This document shows positions 33,631 to 46,643 of a stretch of 64,000 nucleotides of DNA, one piece after another; position 1 is the stretch's first letter, and every line of letters begins with the position of its first letter. A program made the position numbers and the translations under genes. Location: NCBI GenBank assembly GCA_040357565.1, contig JBDODJ010000009.1, one strand, 5' to 3'. The notes beneath the pieces were generated by a model, which did not search any database, was not told where the DNA came from, and was given only the letters and a program-made list of their open reading frames with translations. Origin of the DNA: Cercozoa sp. M6MM. Taxonomy: Eukaryota > Protista > Endomyxa: Ascetosporea.

Positions 33631-36216
33631 ATGCTGCCAAACTCTGAATTAAATGAAGCGCTGTTATCTGCTCATGATGAATTGGCGAGTGAGTCACGTG
33701 GTGTGCTCAATGTGCCAAAGCTAGCGAGTCGCATTGCTCGTTGTGTCAGCGCGGAAGAAACATCTCATAATGGCGTATTTGATCGCATTGTGAAACAAGT
33801 TCGTGCCTGCTACGACGAAGGTAACCGCGCCTGTTGAAGCAATTGGATTTTGGGCACTTTGTCATTGTACTTTTAGATGCGGATGGCGACCCTTTGAGTT
33901 ACTACGGGCCTAAATGGTTACGTCCTTGGCCAATTTTTCGGCAAGTTCGGCGTTATCTTTGTTTTGATAGCGTAGTTTTAATTCGTGCTTTGTACAGGAG
34001 CTTGCTGATGCTGCCGATCGCTCTGCTTCGTTTCTCGCTGCTAATTGTTTTGTTCATTTTTGCCGTACTGTCACTCGGTACGACAGATTGATCTGTGGTG
34101 CTTCGATTCTCCTAAAAACTTTCATTGTTGCAGGCTTGTTGGGCTTGGGACTGACGATCGAAGAGCAGCCCGAAGAACCACCAGCTAAGTGGCGGTACTG
34201 CCACCAGCATTTATCACAGTGAGATTTACATGTCATGACGCATAGGAGGGTGATATTCAAGTGTCTCGCCTATATTATTGGTCGCGTCTGGCTTTTGATC
34301 ATGGGGTACCCTTGTGTAGATTATTTTTGTTCCTACCTTTCACATCCCCCCACGCACAGATTCCATTGGATCGAAAAGCACCCAGAGTCGCGTCGACTTG
34401 TGTCATCGAAAATTGCACCTGTGGTTGTTATCAACCACTCGACCTGTAGCTTTGTCTTTTTTCCGCCTTTGCTTTTATTGCTACCTTTCGTTCTATACGT
34501 CCTTTCCATTCGGTCTTTAGTCATGGATGCGCTACTACTCGGTGCGCTGTTCCAGCCGCTGTATGCTGTCTCGCTCGCACTCAATTGGAACTACCCGGTG
34601 CGTGTCCTTTCCTGATATTGCATGATTAGTGAAGATTTGTATGCTGTACACACAGGTGGTCAAGACGTGTCTCAACATGACGCAGAGTATCGCTGTGCAT
34701 CGCGGGCGCGGACAGGAGGCTCTGGTATGGCCCTTTCTCTGCGCCCTTTATATCCTGTATGCGAACACTGCGACAGGACGAGATGAAGCGTCGCAGCGAA
34801 TCTGAAACGCATTTCCCGCGCTGCGTACATTTAATGTGCTCTCTGTCGTTGCTTCGAGGTTCTTGTGTGTCGGCAGATTATTTTTCCCGAAGGCTGCTGC
34901 ACAAACCGATCTCGCATCCTCCGATTCAAACCGGTAGACTTCCATATCAACATGTTTGTGTAGCCAATGCTGCTTTTTGCCTAGGGTGCGTTCACGCTGA
35001 TGAAGCCGGTGCAACCAGGTACACGAATTTCCGTCTTCTCTGCTTAGGTGTATGATACTCTGTATAGTGGTCTTTGACTTCCCGCATTGGTTTTTCGACC
35101 CGACATGTACCGCGATGTCACTGCCCCGCTGTCTGTGACACCGATTAATTCTCCTCTGTGTCAACAGGGACGCGCGATGGACCGACTTCACCGATGCTCA
35201 TCATTCGTTCAATGTTCCAGATTCACAATCGCGTGCGAGTGAGGGTTTTGGACGTCGTTTATCCTGATGAGGGTATTGATACACGATCAAATTGATAGCG
35301 ATTTGGGTACGCAAAACTGTACGACACAGAGAATGGCACTGTGGACGATTTCTCCGAGCAAGTGCGGCAAAACATGGTGCGTGTCTGCGTTACTCCCTGC
35401 ATCCCGTCTTTATGTGTCTATCTCGTAAGCAATAATGCAGACAGAGGCGTTGGGTGTCCGCTCGGACACTGACTGGTCAGTTTCGTTTTTCGGCATGTAT
35501 AAGCACCAAAGCGCACTCGACTTATACCTGCAGGTCATTGGACGATTTCATGCTGCGCAAAAATGTCGACCCAGACTTTCCATGTCGTCGCTTTAATGTC
35601 GTGATGCGTCGTCTCAAGAACGCCTCGGTAAACAACAATAAACAAAATAAAAACAAGATCGCATGTTTGCAGGCTGAGAAACAAATATCGGTGAGCACCA
35701 AATCGATCGGACATCTGGCGGCCCTGTTTGCACGGCACAGTGACAACGATTTGCTGGTGTGCTGATCTTTTGGGGGTTGAAGCGGGCGAAAGAAAGGCGA
35801 CATACCTATGCGTTGCCAGGAATGGAAGAATCTGCCGTCACCGCTGAGTGACTTGCTGGCACCTGTGCTGCGTGACCGATTGCAGGTCGACTTTGCTGGT
35901 GCCTGCTTTCTTTTGAAAAAAGGGAACCTCCTAACGTTGTCTTGCTCCTAAGAGTTGTGCGTGGCGGTTTTGTTTGTTGTCGCTGGTTTGGGTGGCAGTA
36001 CCACAGAGCTGGACGTCATTCTCAGGTGTGTTCGTTTTCATGTGCCTAGTTCTACCGTGCAGCGAACGTGTTATGTGCAGTGACGTGCGCGAAAGCAAGG
36101 TGACATCGATGCCGAGCGCACTGTTTGACTTTGACGACAGTGCAGAAGAATTCGAAGACAACGACGACATTCTGTGTGCCAACGTCACCGACAGTTTCAC
36201 TGAGGGTGCGCTCTAA
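33631..36216 (+). CDS. Lysophospholipid acyltransferase (LPCAT/AGPAT, PlsC-type)
   Basis: TM segment LPIALLRFSLLIVLF, motif NHST|FMD (HxxxxD), IIFPEGCCTN..ILRFKP|GAF..PVQP. Confidence 0.85.
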
Positions 36217-36723
36217 CGAGTCAAAGCGCCACCGCAGCTTGACTCCACCAGCGACTGCCACTGCCAGTTCTGAATCGACGGACGGGATTTTGTCCAAGCT
36301 GAAACCAGTATAGACAGATAGCACGTTTCACCGACCCCCAGTGTGTGCTCTATAATGCACTAGCCCTGTGCAGAGCATCATTAGCGATCGGGGCGCGTCG
36401 AGCGAAAATCGGGTATCGGGGCGAAAAAACATGAGAATTTGACAAATTAGCGTCTAGTACTGTTCAGAAACGCCTAGACAACCACTACATATATTTAGGC
36501 TTCACTAAAGGAAAAAATAGCTTGCTTCGCGACAGTTTTTTACGGGCTCACTATTTTTATCCCGACCCGACGGATAGGGAGGATCCGTTATTGTGACGTA
36601 ACGTCACATTAATTTGAGCTGCCTCCACATCCACTGTGAGCTGGTGTCGCATCGTCACGACTAGTATGCGGGTGAGCACTGCATTGTCGACCCACGATCG
36701 GCGAGCGCTGAAAATCGGGCAGC

Positions 36724-37439
36724 TTAATGGCGCGGAACGTAACGCATGGCGCCCTTCGGAGAGTCGGCGAGTGCCGGTTCCACATCCGAAACCGGCTTGC
36801 CCTATCCCACATCACATTTTTGGAGATCATCACGGGGGAGTTGTTATTTGGGGATGTACTTCGGCAAGGCCCTTGATCTTGGCGATCACCATGCCCGGGT
36901 TGAGGTTCTTCGGGCAGGCGGCCGTGCAGTTCATGATCTGATGGCATCTGCGCACACAACACACGAGGATAACACAACTCACCCCGACAACAGTCTCAAA
37001 CAACGTACCGGTAAAGCTTCCACTCGTCGTCGAGCTGCTCCATGCGCTCCTGGAAGGCCTGGTCACGGCTGTCGACCAACCAGCGGTAGGCCTACATGCT
37101 TACAACGTATACAAAAAGAAAGAAAACTAGCACCTGAAACATATTAAAGAGTCCTACCTGCTGGAGAACAGCGGGGCCAAGGTACTTGTCGCCGTTCCAC
37201 CAGTAGGACGGGCAGGACGCCGAGCAGCAGGCACAAAGGATGCACTCGTACAGACCGTCCATCACCGAGCGCTCCTCGCGCGACTACAGCACAAACCGTA
37301 CCGTGTGGTCGGATGATGCATTTGAAGAATAGTGGGTGTGTGTACCTGGATGTACTCGACGTTGCCGTCGACCTTATCGCCCTCACCCTTGCGGTGCAAC
37401 CACGGCTTAATGCTCGAATACTGCACGAAGCGCAGAGAT

Positions 37440-37488
<49 letters not shown>

Positions 37489-37588
37489 NNNNNNNNNNNN
37501 NNNNNNNNNNNNNNNNNNNNNNNNNNNNNNNNNNNNNNNNNNNNNNNNNNNNNNNNNNNNNNNNNNNNNNNNNNNNNNNNNNNNNNNN

Positions 37589-37639
<51 letters not shown>

Positions 37640-38332
37640 AGGGATTATACCTGCTTGTAGAAGTTGGTGAGGTCCGGCACGAGATCCTTCACGACCGACA
37701 TGTGCGGGAGCGGGCGGATCTGCGTGTTCTCGCCGTCAATCTTGCACAGGCAAGCGAGCGTGTTGGTGCCTGCAGTCAAGTCAAATGGATAACAATTACA
37801 CCAGACGCCCCACGACAACGGTACCGTTGATGTTGACGGCGCACGAGCCACAGATGCCCTCACGGCACGAGCGACGGAACGAAAGGGTCGGGTCCTGCTC
37901 GTCCTTGACCTTGATGAGCGCATCGAGCACCATGGGACCGCAGTCATCCAGGTCGATCTGGTACGACTTCATCGTCGGCTCGGCGTCCTACAGAGGTCAC
38001 GCTGTCACACAGTCCAACCACGCAAGAAAGAGCCTACCTGCTCCGGATCCCATCGGTAGATCTCCACCGAGTGCATCGTCACTAAAGACAGCGCACGATG
38101 ATACCCTCTTGTGCCAAACAAGGAAACAGAAATCGAAAGTGTGGGCCACAAAATGGTTTTGCAAAATCGCCTCACTAGATCGTGCACTTGTCTGCAACCA
38201 TGCCGGACAGCGGCTCATAAACACATGAGGCACGCGTGCAAGCTCAATGGAGCTTGTATGGCACAATTGCAAGCACAACCTACCAAAACGAGCCGCGCGA
38301 CGACGCGCCTGCTGCTGCAGCTGAGCGATCAT
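36724..38332 (-). CDS. SDHB: Succinate dehydrogenase iron-sulfur subunit
   Basis: [86 protein letters not shown]; Arg-rich presequence. Last exon inferred. Confidence 0.97.
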
Positions 38333-39561
38333 TATGTTAGAACACGCGTGAGTAGGTAAGCTCGCTCCAACGTTGCAACTGCATGCACAAGGCAAAATAC
38401 TTAAGAGGGCGTTTCGGAATTTATATGTTCGCAATTTAATCGTCGTACGGTCTACCACTGTACTAATCTATGTAGTTTCCTGTGCCAGCCCTGGGGGTGG
38501 ATCACAAGCGCATGACCGTAGTCCACCCCCCCCCCGCTTAGCCAACTCCCCTTTCGAAGTTCCCCATTACTGACATTTTCTTCGAGGCCAGGTTGATACA
38601 GGTGGCGGGCTGGGAGTAAGAGAAAGTCGTCGGCGTTGGCGTCTTGTCGTCTCGCTGTCGTACGTCGAGTCCTATCGTCGCCTGCAGTCACTCTCCCACA
38701 ACTAAACACGCACAAACAAACATCGTAATTTGGGCCAATACCGCTCTGTGGTGACCTCGGCTATATCCTTGCTGGCTTTCTCTTCCCACACCACTCTCGT
38801 GACGAATGACATGCAAGTGCTCCAGGTTGTGTGCCACTCAGTTGGCTTGGCGTATGCCATAACCATGGCCATGGCATTACATGCAAGCCGGCGAATTCGC
38901 TCAGTTCGTTCTTCCCTCGCCCGCCTCCATGCGACGTGAAGACTCAAGCACGCGCGGTTCAAGCACTAGCAGCACGATATGACAAAAACAAGGCGCTCCG
39001 TCCATTGTCATGGTGATCGTTGAGCGTCGAAAGTGAACGCCTTCAAGGCGAAGAGCCAAACGCAGAGCAGAGGAAGCTAAACACACCGGACACGTCCAAA
39101 GTCCGTGGAAACACATCACCAACTCACTTAGACTTATAAGACTAGCAAAGGAACGCAAACTTAGCATTGCTGCCATGGATATAAGATCTACGGCCCCTCG
39201 CACTGTTCCTGTGCAATAATATACTCGGCTTGTTTAAGTACTTCAAGTATGCCCAGATACCAAGACTATGCGAAGAATGCAACGCCAAAGGCAGAACCAA
39301 AACCCGCAACTGCACAGGGTGCCGTCCAACGCAAGAAAAGTCTAAAGAGACGAAAGCTATATATACCTGTTCGGACTGTGCTATGGGGAGAATGCTACCA
39401 ATGAGACAGAACAAAGAGAAACGCGGGACACCTACTATAACCGACGGACTGAAGAATGTGGCGAGTCAAACGAACTGTTCACGTGGCTTTTATCGATATT
39501 TAAAATTGTACTAAAATGAACTAAATGAAACCAGCACCGTCGCGCACAGACGAACACGGGG

Positions 39562-40028
39562 TTAGTTCAGAGATTCGCTCAAGCGGCTTCGGCGCCAGTA
39601 GCCACGTCCACGTGTGAAGCGGCCGCGCGGAGAAAAGCCGCGAGCTCCGCGGAAACGTCCGCGTCCGTTAGAACGCAACGGCCGCGGCCGCGCCTCCTAT
39701 CGCAGACACGATATGCACAGCGTGTTGTGTACGTGTTGAGTAAGTAGTACCTCAACAACAACGTCATTGTTGAGGAGCGAAGTCACTTTTAGCAAGGCCT
39801 CTGCGTCCTCTTCTGCATGAACAGCGAGGAATAGAACCCGAGTCAAGAAGTAGTGATATAGCCCGAAGCACTGTTTTGAGCAGTCACAATCGCAAAACTC
39901 GACGGCTTTTCCGACTGCACAGACATCACACAGTGCAAAACACGTGACTGATATCAGGTCGAGCGATATCACACCTCCTCACGACGGCGCTTCATGACTA
40001 CTCGAACCTGGGCCAAACCGTATGTTTT

Positions 40029-40122
<94 letters not shown>

Positions 40123-41413
40123 GGCAGGCTTGGTTAAGAGGGGGTACCTTGAGCAAAGGCCTCTGCAAGAAGGGTCGCAACTCGTCTCGCACCTCTTGTT
40201 CCTGTCAGTCAATGCACTTGCGAGTGTGTGTGTATGTGTGTATGCGCGTGTGTGTGTACGCGTGTGTGTATTAAAAAAGAGTACGCCGGTGTCAATCGGT
40301 AGCGGCGCGATGTACACTGAATTCGTAGGCTACAACCACCCCATACGATACGAGACAAAAGGTCACGCGCTCGTATGCTCATCAAAAAACAAAGAGATAC
40401 ACGACGCTCGGTCTGCGGACGCGCGAACTCCACGCGAACCGAAGTTTGGTCGGCAGCACGCAGACTTTCCTATGGAAACACCTTCCCTTAATACACATAC
40501 ACGCAAGAACAGAGAGGCAACATACACTGCCACTGAGGAAGGCGTCAACGGCAGCACCGGCCGCCTGGTAGGTCGTCATGGTGACGAATGCACTGTCAGT
40601 GGCCGCGACAGGGCGGACCACTGACTGTACCTCACCAAAGCGCGCGAACACGCCGGCCAGCTACAAGAGATAACACGTACATACATCACATGCAAAGAAT
40701 GAAGGAGGCAAGCACCTCCTCTGTAGTGGTGGCAGAGTCGAGGTTGCCCACGCTGCAACAAAACAATTGCACGTCCAAAACACCACTCTTTAATGCGCTA
40801 TGCAAGCAGTACAACAGACGGAGACCAAACGTATAGTTGGAGTCGTCATTGACATGTCGGTCCTGTACGGGTTTTCAATCGGTATCAGTGTACAGCTCGC
40901 CTTGAGACAGTGTCCTTGATAGGAGGTACCTGCACGCGACGCACGCGCGCCTTTGTGCTTCGCTTGCTGAGGATCTCCTCCTCACTGCATAGCAGCCAAA
41001 GTTTAAAGCAGAAAGCACATACTAACCTACCGGAATATCACAGGAAAGACAGACGTTTTGGTGGATGCCTGCACGTCGAGAACAGCGTCAAAGTCGTCAG
41101 TCACCACCTTCAGTCCTGTGGTACACTCTTGCTCATGTTAAACCACATAGCTTCTTTGCAGAAATTTACCGTCGCTCACGAGAGTGGCTGCTGTATCAGC
41201 GTCCTCACAAAACACGTAAGCAAAGTGCAACCGCGATCCCTATCAATACAGGTGTGTAAACAAGTCAAACACGGCTACATAGACAGAATAGGGTAATACA
41301 TCGCGCGCGAGCGGTCGGACCACGCGTTCGATTGGGCCTACTTTGCGGGCAGCAGTTTCGACAGCCTGGCTTGAAACGTAGTGGGGAAGCCCCGTCACAA
41401 AAGCGATCGACAT
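39562..41413 (-). CDS. RNA-binding protein with three RRMs and a C-terminal RG/RGG-rich tail
   Basis: RNP2-like AFVTGLP, LFVGNL, VYIAPLP; RNP1-like HFAYVF, SAFVTM, SFAIVT; tail GRGRFRGARGFSPRGRFTRGRGYW. Confidence 0.75.
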
Positions 41414-41686
41414 AGGTCCCTCAGTTTCACCCTGCCTCAGCAATACAATCGGATGCCCAGGACCAAGAATCAAATTACTGTCCGTGTTCTCCACCGACTG
41501 TTTCCAAAGACTAGTTTTGGTCTGCCCAATGCAATTTACACTCTCACAGCCCACTATATGCGACCTGTGTTGCCATGACGGTGGCTTGACGCTAGCAATC
41601 AGAGCGCACCCTTAAACCATTTTTCGATCACGTCGTCTGAGTCCTGAGTGGAAAACTGCACTGAGCTTTGCGCTGTGTTTAAAGAG

Positions 41687-42486
41687 ATGGGCTGCTGCTC
41701 TTCGCGGCCGCGAGCCCTCCGAGATGGTCGGGCAGTTTTTGCTTTTCTCCTCTCGAGATATAATTTTCTTTTAGTTTCTTTTGATAATTCTTGCAGAGGC
41801 AGCGCTTGACGGCTACCATGTCATCCGACCCGCCAACGCCAACAAAGTACTTTTATACCAGTCCGGAATTTTGTATGCGCTGGGCCGTCTAAGAAGACCA
41901 CTATAGATTTCCTGTATCAGATGAACAGCGTCTCGTCTTCTGCTCAAACCACAAGCGATTACCATAAAATCGATCCGATTGTTCTCCGGTTACCACTCGA
42001 AGACGCGCTTGAGCAAATCACCAATGCTCTCGAGTCGATGTCGCGTTGCCAGGTTCCCTTGATCTGCGGTTTCACGAATTTTGAGTTTTCCAAACACTCT
42101 CTGGTGTAGGTGGTTTACACGCGCAACCATGGTATCGATCAGTGCTCTACTCACTCTGCTTGCTTGTCGATCTGTGTACGTGTCACGATGCGCAGGCGAG
42201 AACAGAGACGTCTTCGTGTATGCGGTGTTCACGACTCTTCTGTGCCGTTTCCGCGACGACCTTGAACTGCTTGTCGAGGAACGCGACGCAGATTCGGTGC
42301 CCCGAGTCCCTTTCCCTCCACAAAGCTGTTTATTTTGACTCTTTTTGTTTTATTTGTGTGGCGCTGTAGTGCGTTTGCCAAGTTCGTTCCGCCAGTCGAC
42401 TTGGCTATGGAGATTTCGGTGTCAACCGTGCCCGCGTCGAAGAGCTGCGCAAACGGCTCGCCAAATCCAGGCCGCAGCAGGAGTAG
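41687..42486 (+). CDS. DUF1499-family protein with N-terminal MGCCSS acylation motif
   Basis: NSVSS, FVYAVFTTLLCRFRDDLEL, VRSASRLGYGDFGVNRARVEELR (DUF1499 C-terminal signature). Confidence 0.8.
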
Positions 42487-42511
42487 GCTCAATGCGCCGC
42501 GCTCTAAGTGA

Positions 42512-42609
42512 TACCAATGCGTAGAACACTTAGTTTAGAGCGCAATCAAGGAATTTTAGAGCATTCTACTGGAGGGATTGCGCGTTCTGGGTCCAACAAC
42601 TATCTTAAA
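42512..42609 (+). repeat. Dispersed 3' element, copy D
   Basis: 59/66 nt identical to the reverse complement of 55625-55690, apart from a 32-nt indel (42547-42578). Confidence 0.85.
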
Positions 42610-44050
42610 TTGCGGGGCGGAGCGCCGTTTGCTTCACATCTGCGGTTGTCGTTCAACTTATGAACAAAATAACAAATCGTGTTTGTCAGGCGCTGGTGGT
42701 GTAAAAACTCTGCCTAGTAAAGTTCCAGAGTTGCTCGAGGGCCAAGGCTTTCTCCCCGGACTTTTCTCTGTGCCAACACCAGAACGCTCAATGTATCAAC
42801 TGGTCGGTGACCCGAAGCTTCCGTTTCAGTAGTTGACAATGCAAGCGTACCCGTAATCTTAAGAATAACTTAGTCCTAAGACAGTACTTGTACTGTGGCA
42901 CAATCGAAAGCATGCGGAGCACCTGCATGTCACCACGAGGGCGGTGTGGGAAGAGAAAGGCAGCGATATAGCCTAAACCACCTCCCAAAGCGGCCGTGCG
43001 CGAATCGAGTAAACACCGTCTTGCGACACTATTCACTGGGTAATAGACGAGTGATTGCAACCAGCGGCCTGTCTGCTGCGAGAACCCGTGAGCTGGCTGA
43101 TCTCAATGCACGAGAAAGCCGTTGAAGATCACGCTAGGATGATTAGGAGGTGGAAGTATTGTTGTAGCAGCAAAGTCGTTGATCTCGAGTATGAGCGACA
43201 ACGGTGAGTCGCGCTTCACACGACTCAAGCGAAACAATCAAAATGAAAAATGTGAGATCGATCTCCGTGCCACGTGCAATTGGCCGTTTTAATGTTGCTC
43301 GATCAACTCTGATCCGCCGTCAGTCACAAGCCAGGAACCATCATCGAGTTGCAACTCGCGCTACCACCAGTGTGCGTGACCTGGGAGCAACAGTGGGTGC
43401 TGGTATAGTCTCTCCACGGCAAGTTACGTCCCGTTGAGGTTTTTCCTTCTGTTGGCCCGTTGGAGTGAGTTTTTTTCCAAACCTTGGGTCTATCTTCCAG
43501 CACAGCGTGCTGTGCTTTGTTTTGGAAATGCTCTTTTGACGGGTGATGGCTCTGATCTGGCAATGATGAATGATGAAGTCGCGCTGACTGGTCAGCCGCT
43601 GGCCGGTGGGCTGTTTATCGAAGACCATTTTTTTACGGTTCACGCCCGCTAGCAGTTAGGGACTTCGGCAAACTGTTTGTGTGCCTGTACCTGGCGCCCT
43701 AGTGGTGTGCGCTTTGCCTGGTTCGTGTGGTTAGAGCTTTGTGTGTTTTGTCGAGTCGAACGTTTTTGTGTCTGGCTTTGGCCCAAAACGGCACCTTTCT
43801 CCACTATTCGACCCTGTGGTTTTGTTTGCTTCTGTCGGTTGAGTGCGATTTAGAGGCTTAGAGAAGTGTGTACCACGGTGTGTCACATGTATGGGCCTAA
43901 AAAACCGTTTCGTTCCAGGCGTTTTCTTTTTACGTTGCTCATGTTGGAGTTGCTAAACGCACATGACTCGATAATTGCTCTGTCCGTGTTCGCACTTACT
44001 TGGTGACTTTGCTTTGTGTGCGCAGAGGTGGTTCGCAGCGGACGAGAGCG

Positions 44051-46643
44051 ATGCCGGACCTGGCGACGCTGGCCTCAGTGGCGCATCAGGAGAAGAGCGT
44101 CGCGGTCGATGAAAACAACAACAACGTTCGGACTAAAGCTGTCGACTGCGTCGACGACAAACCGATTGCTGGCAGCGAGGACGATCTCCTTCACACGTAA
44201 CAATTGACCAACCAACCAACCAACACATACGAACAAGCGCATTGCCATTGTGATTTATGCAGTGCCGCGGCGTCCTTGAACTTGCTGTCGCAGATGGCGC
44301 GTCGACAGCAGGTGCCACAGACGTCGACCACGCCGCCAGTCTCCCCTCCCAGCGAGGTGTTCCTCTGCTCTTGCCCTGCTCTCCCACTGTTTTCCTCTTA
44401 TCTTTCGCCTCGCAGGAAACGGAGCAGTAGCGTGCCGAGGCTGACACTGGACAGAAACGACTTCGCTCAGGACAGGCAACACCGACGGCAGCGAAGCGCA
44501 CGCTGGACACGGCGGCGGCCAGCACGCCGCAGCAGCAGCAGCAGCAGCAGCAGCAACTCATGTCGGCGCTGCAGGTTATTCCTGAGAACGACGTCGATCT
44601 TAACGACACCATGTGCCGTTTATCCCTCCTTCAGCTATCATACTTTCTTGCCTACTTCATAATTGCTTTCACAGGAAACGCAGTCCGCGCGAGGCGGTGC
44701 GCACGCGGCGACGCGGCAAGTCGTCCTGGTCCGAGAAGGAGGACGAGCAGCTGCGCTCTCTGGTGCGCACGCACGGGACGACGGCGTGGACCGAACTGGC
44801 CCGCCGTCTGGGCACTGTACCTTACACCCTCCCCCGGCGCTTTTGTGATGTCCTTTGTTACCCTCTGCTGTCGTGTGCCCTTACAGAACCGCACGGGCAA
44901 GCAGTGCCGTGAGCGTTGGATCAACGTGCTGGACCCGTCGGTGCGACACACGCCACTGGTACTGTCTACTATCCGTTCTTGGGTGTCACTCGGCTGTTGC
45001 ATTTTGTGCATATGAAGACCAAGGAAGAGCGCATGAAGTTCTGGCAGTTGCACGCTGTTTACGTACCATACTTTTCTGTGTTTGACGATAGAGATGAGTT
45101 TCTCAATTGGTAGGGCAACCAATGGGCACTCATCTCGCGCTGCATGCCTGGCCGAACGGTACCCTTTCAAATCCCCTGCCTCAACCAGTGTCCTCTTGTT
45201 TAGCCCCTCCTGTCTTTGCCTTTAGGACAACCAGATCAAGAACTTTTTCAACAATTGTCGGCGAATCGAGGCACGTGTCAAAGCGTCGCCATCCGAGTTG
45301 GTACCTTTGGGTCACTGTTTGCGTTTCTCCACCTCTGTACAACCGCGCTGACTGGGTTTGGACCGGCTGACTGACAGGTGGCCTTGTCGCCGACGTCGTC
45401 GTTCTACGCGACGCTGCCGGTGCATCTGAAACTCAAGCTTGAAGCCGTCTCGAAACTCGAGCGTGGCGAGGACCTCACGGGCGGCAGCATCTCGGCCGAC
45501 CATGTAGCCATCTTCTTCCCTCGCCCACCCTGCTTTGCCACCTTGCTTTGCCCATTCTGCTTTGCCCACCCTACTTTTTCCCTACCCTCCGCCTCCTGCA
45601 GCTGAAATCGTTTCGTGAAAAGCGACGCGCGCTGCGCGAGCAGAGTCAGAACGAGCAGGGTGTGGCAGCGGCGCCGGCCATCTCGGTGACGGTGACGCCG
45701 CAGGCTGTGACACGACAGGTGCAGGTATCCTCACTGGTGTTTTCGCTCATTCCATCCTTCCTTACACTCTACCCATTCCTCGCCGTTTTAAGGAGCTGTC
45801 GGAGGGTGAGCTGGTGCAGAGTCTGCTGTCGCCGCTGTCGCTATCGCTGGCGAGCATGCGACTGAGTCCACTGGCGCAGCTGCAGCGATTAACGCAGCTG
45901 CAGCGACTGCAGCAGCAGTGCGATCTCGAGCTCCTGTTGCGCCTGCAGCAACAGCAACAACAGCAGCAACATCACCAGCAGCATCTCCACCAGCTCCACC
46001 AACAGCAGCATCAACAGCAACAGCAGCATCACGCGCAACAGCAGCATCACCACTCGCCACTCCACGCGCAGCATCACCACTCGCCACACCACGCGCAGCA
46101 CCACCACTCGCCACACCTGCATCGTCCGCAGCCGCACCACACACCGCACCAGTCTGTGCACGGTGTGCGCCAGGTGCCGCGCATACACACGGCCATCCCG
46201 CTGTCGACGCCGACGCACTCGCGTCGTGTGGCGCCGGCCACTGTTGCGCAGTGTACCTCCCGGCTTCCGTGTCTCTTCTGCTTGACAGCAGGTACTTATG
46301 TGTGTGTGTGTGTGTGTTTGTGTAGTGGCACATTTACCGTCATCGGCGACATCGCCGGCGCTGCTGCATCGTGCGTCCGAGCTGCCTCCTGCCGCCAAGC
46401 GCGCACGCGTCACCACCGTAACGTCGCTTCCGTTTGTGTGTCTTTTACCATGTATGGATGATGATGTGTGTCACAGGCAACGGCGGTGCCTGTGTCGAAC
46501 GGCTTGGCTGGCCACGCGCTCGTGCAGAAACTTCGTGCCCTGGCACAGTACGATCTGGTACGATGCCTTCAAGTGCACCACCTCTCTGCTTTTTTAAATG
46601 CTTTGGCTGTGCGCTTTAGGGCCAGGCGCCACAGCAACAGTGA
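44051..46643 (+). CDS. R2R3-MYB transcription factor with polyQ and His-rich low-complexity regions
   Basis: WSEKEDEQLRSLVRTHGTTAWTELARRLGT|NRTGKQCRERWINVLDP, GNQWALISRCMPGRT|DNQIKNFF; QHHHSP repeats. Confidence 0.9.

Noticed and set aside
42620-44000. Hidden - strand gene between DUF1499 and MYB
   Set aside because: Some splice-like signals, but no coherent ORF or recognisable domain could be built.
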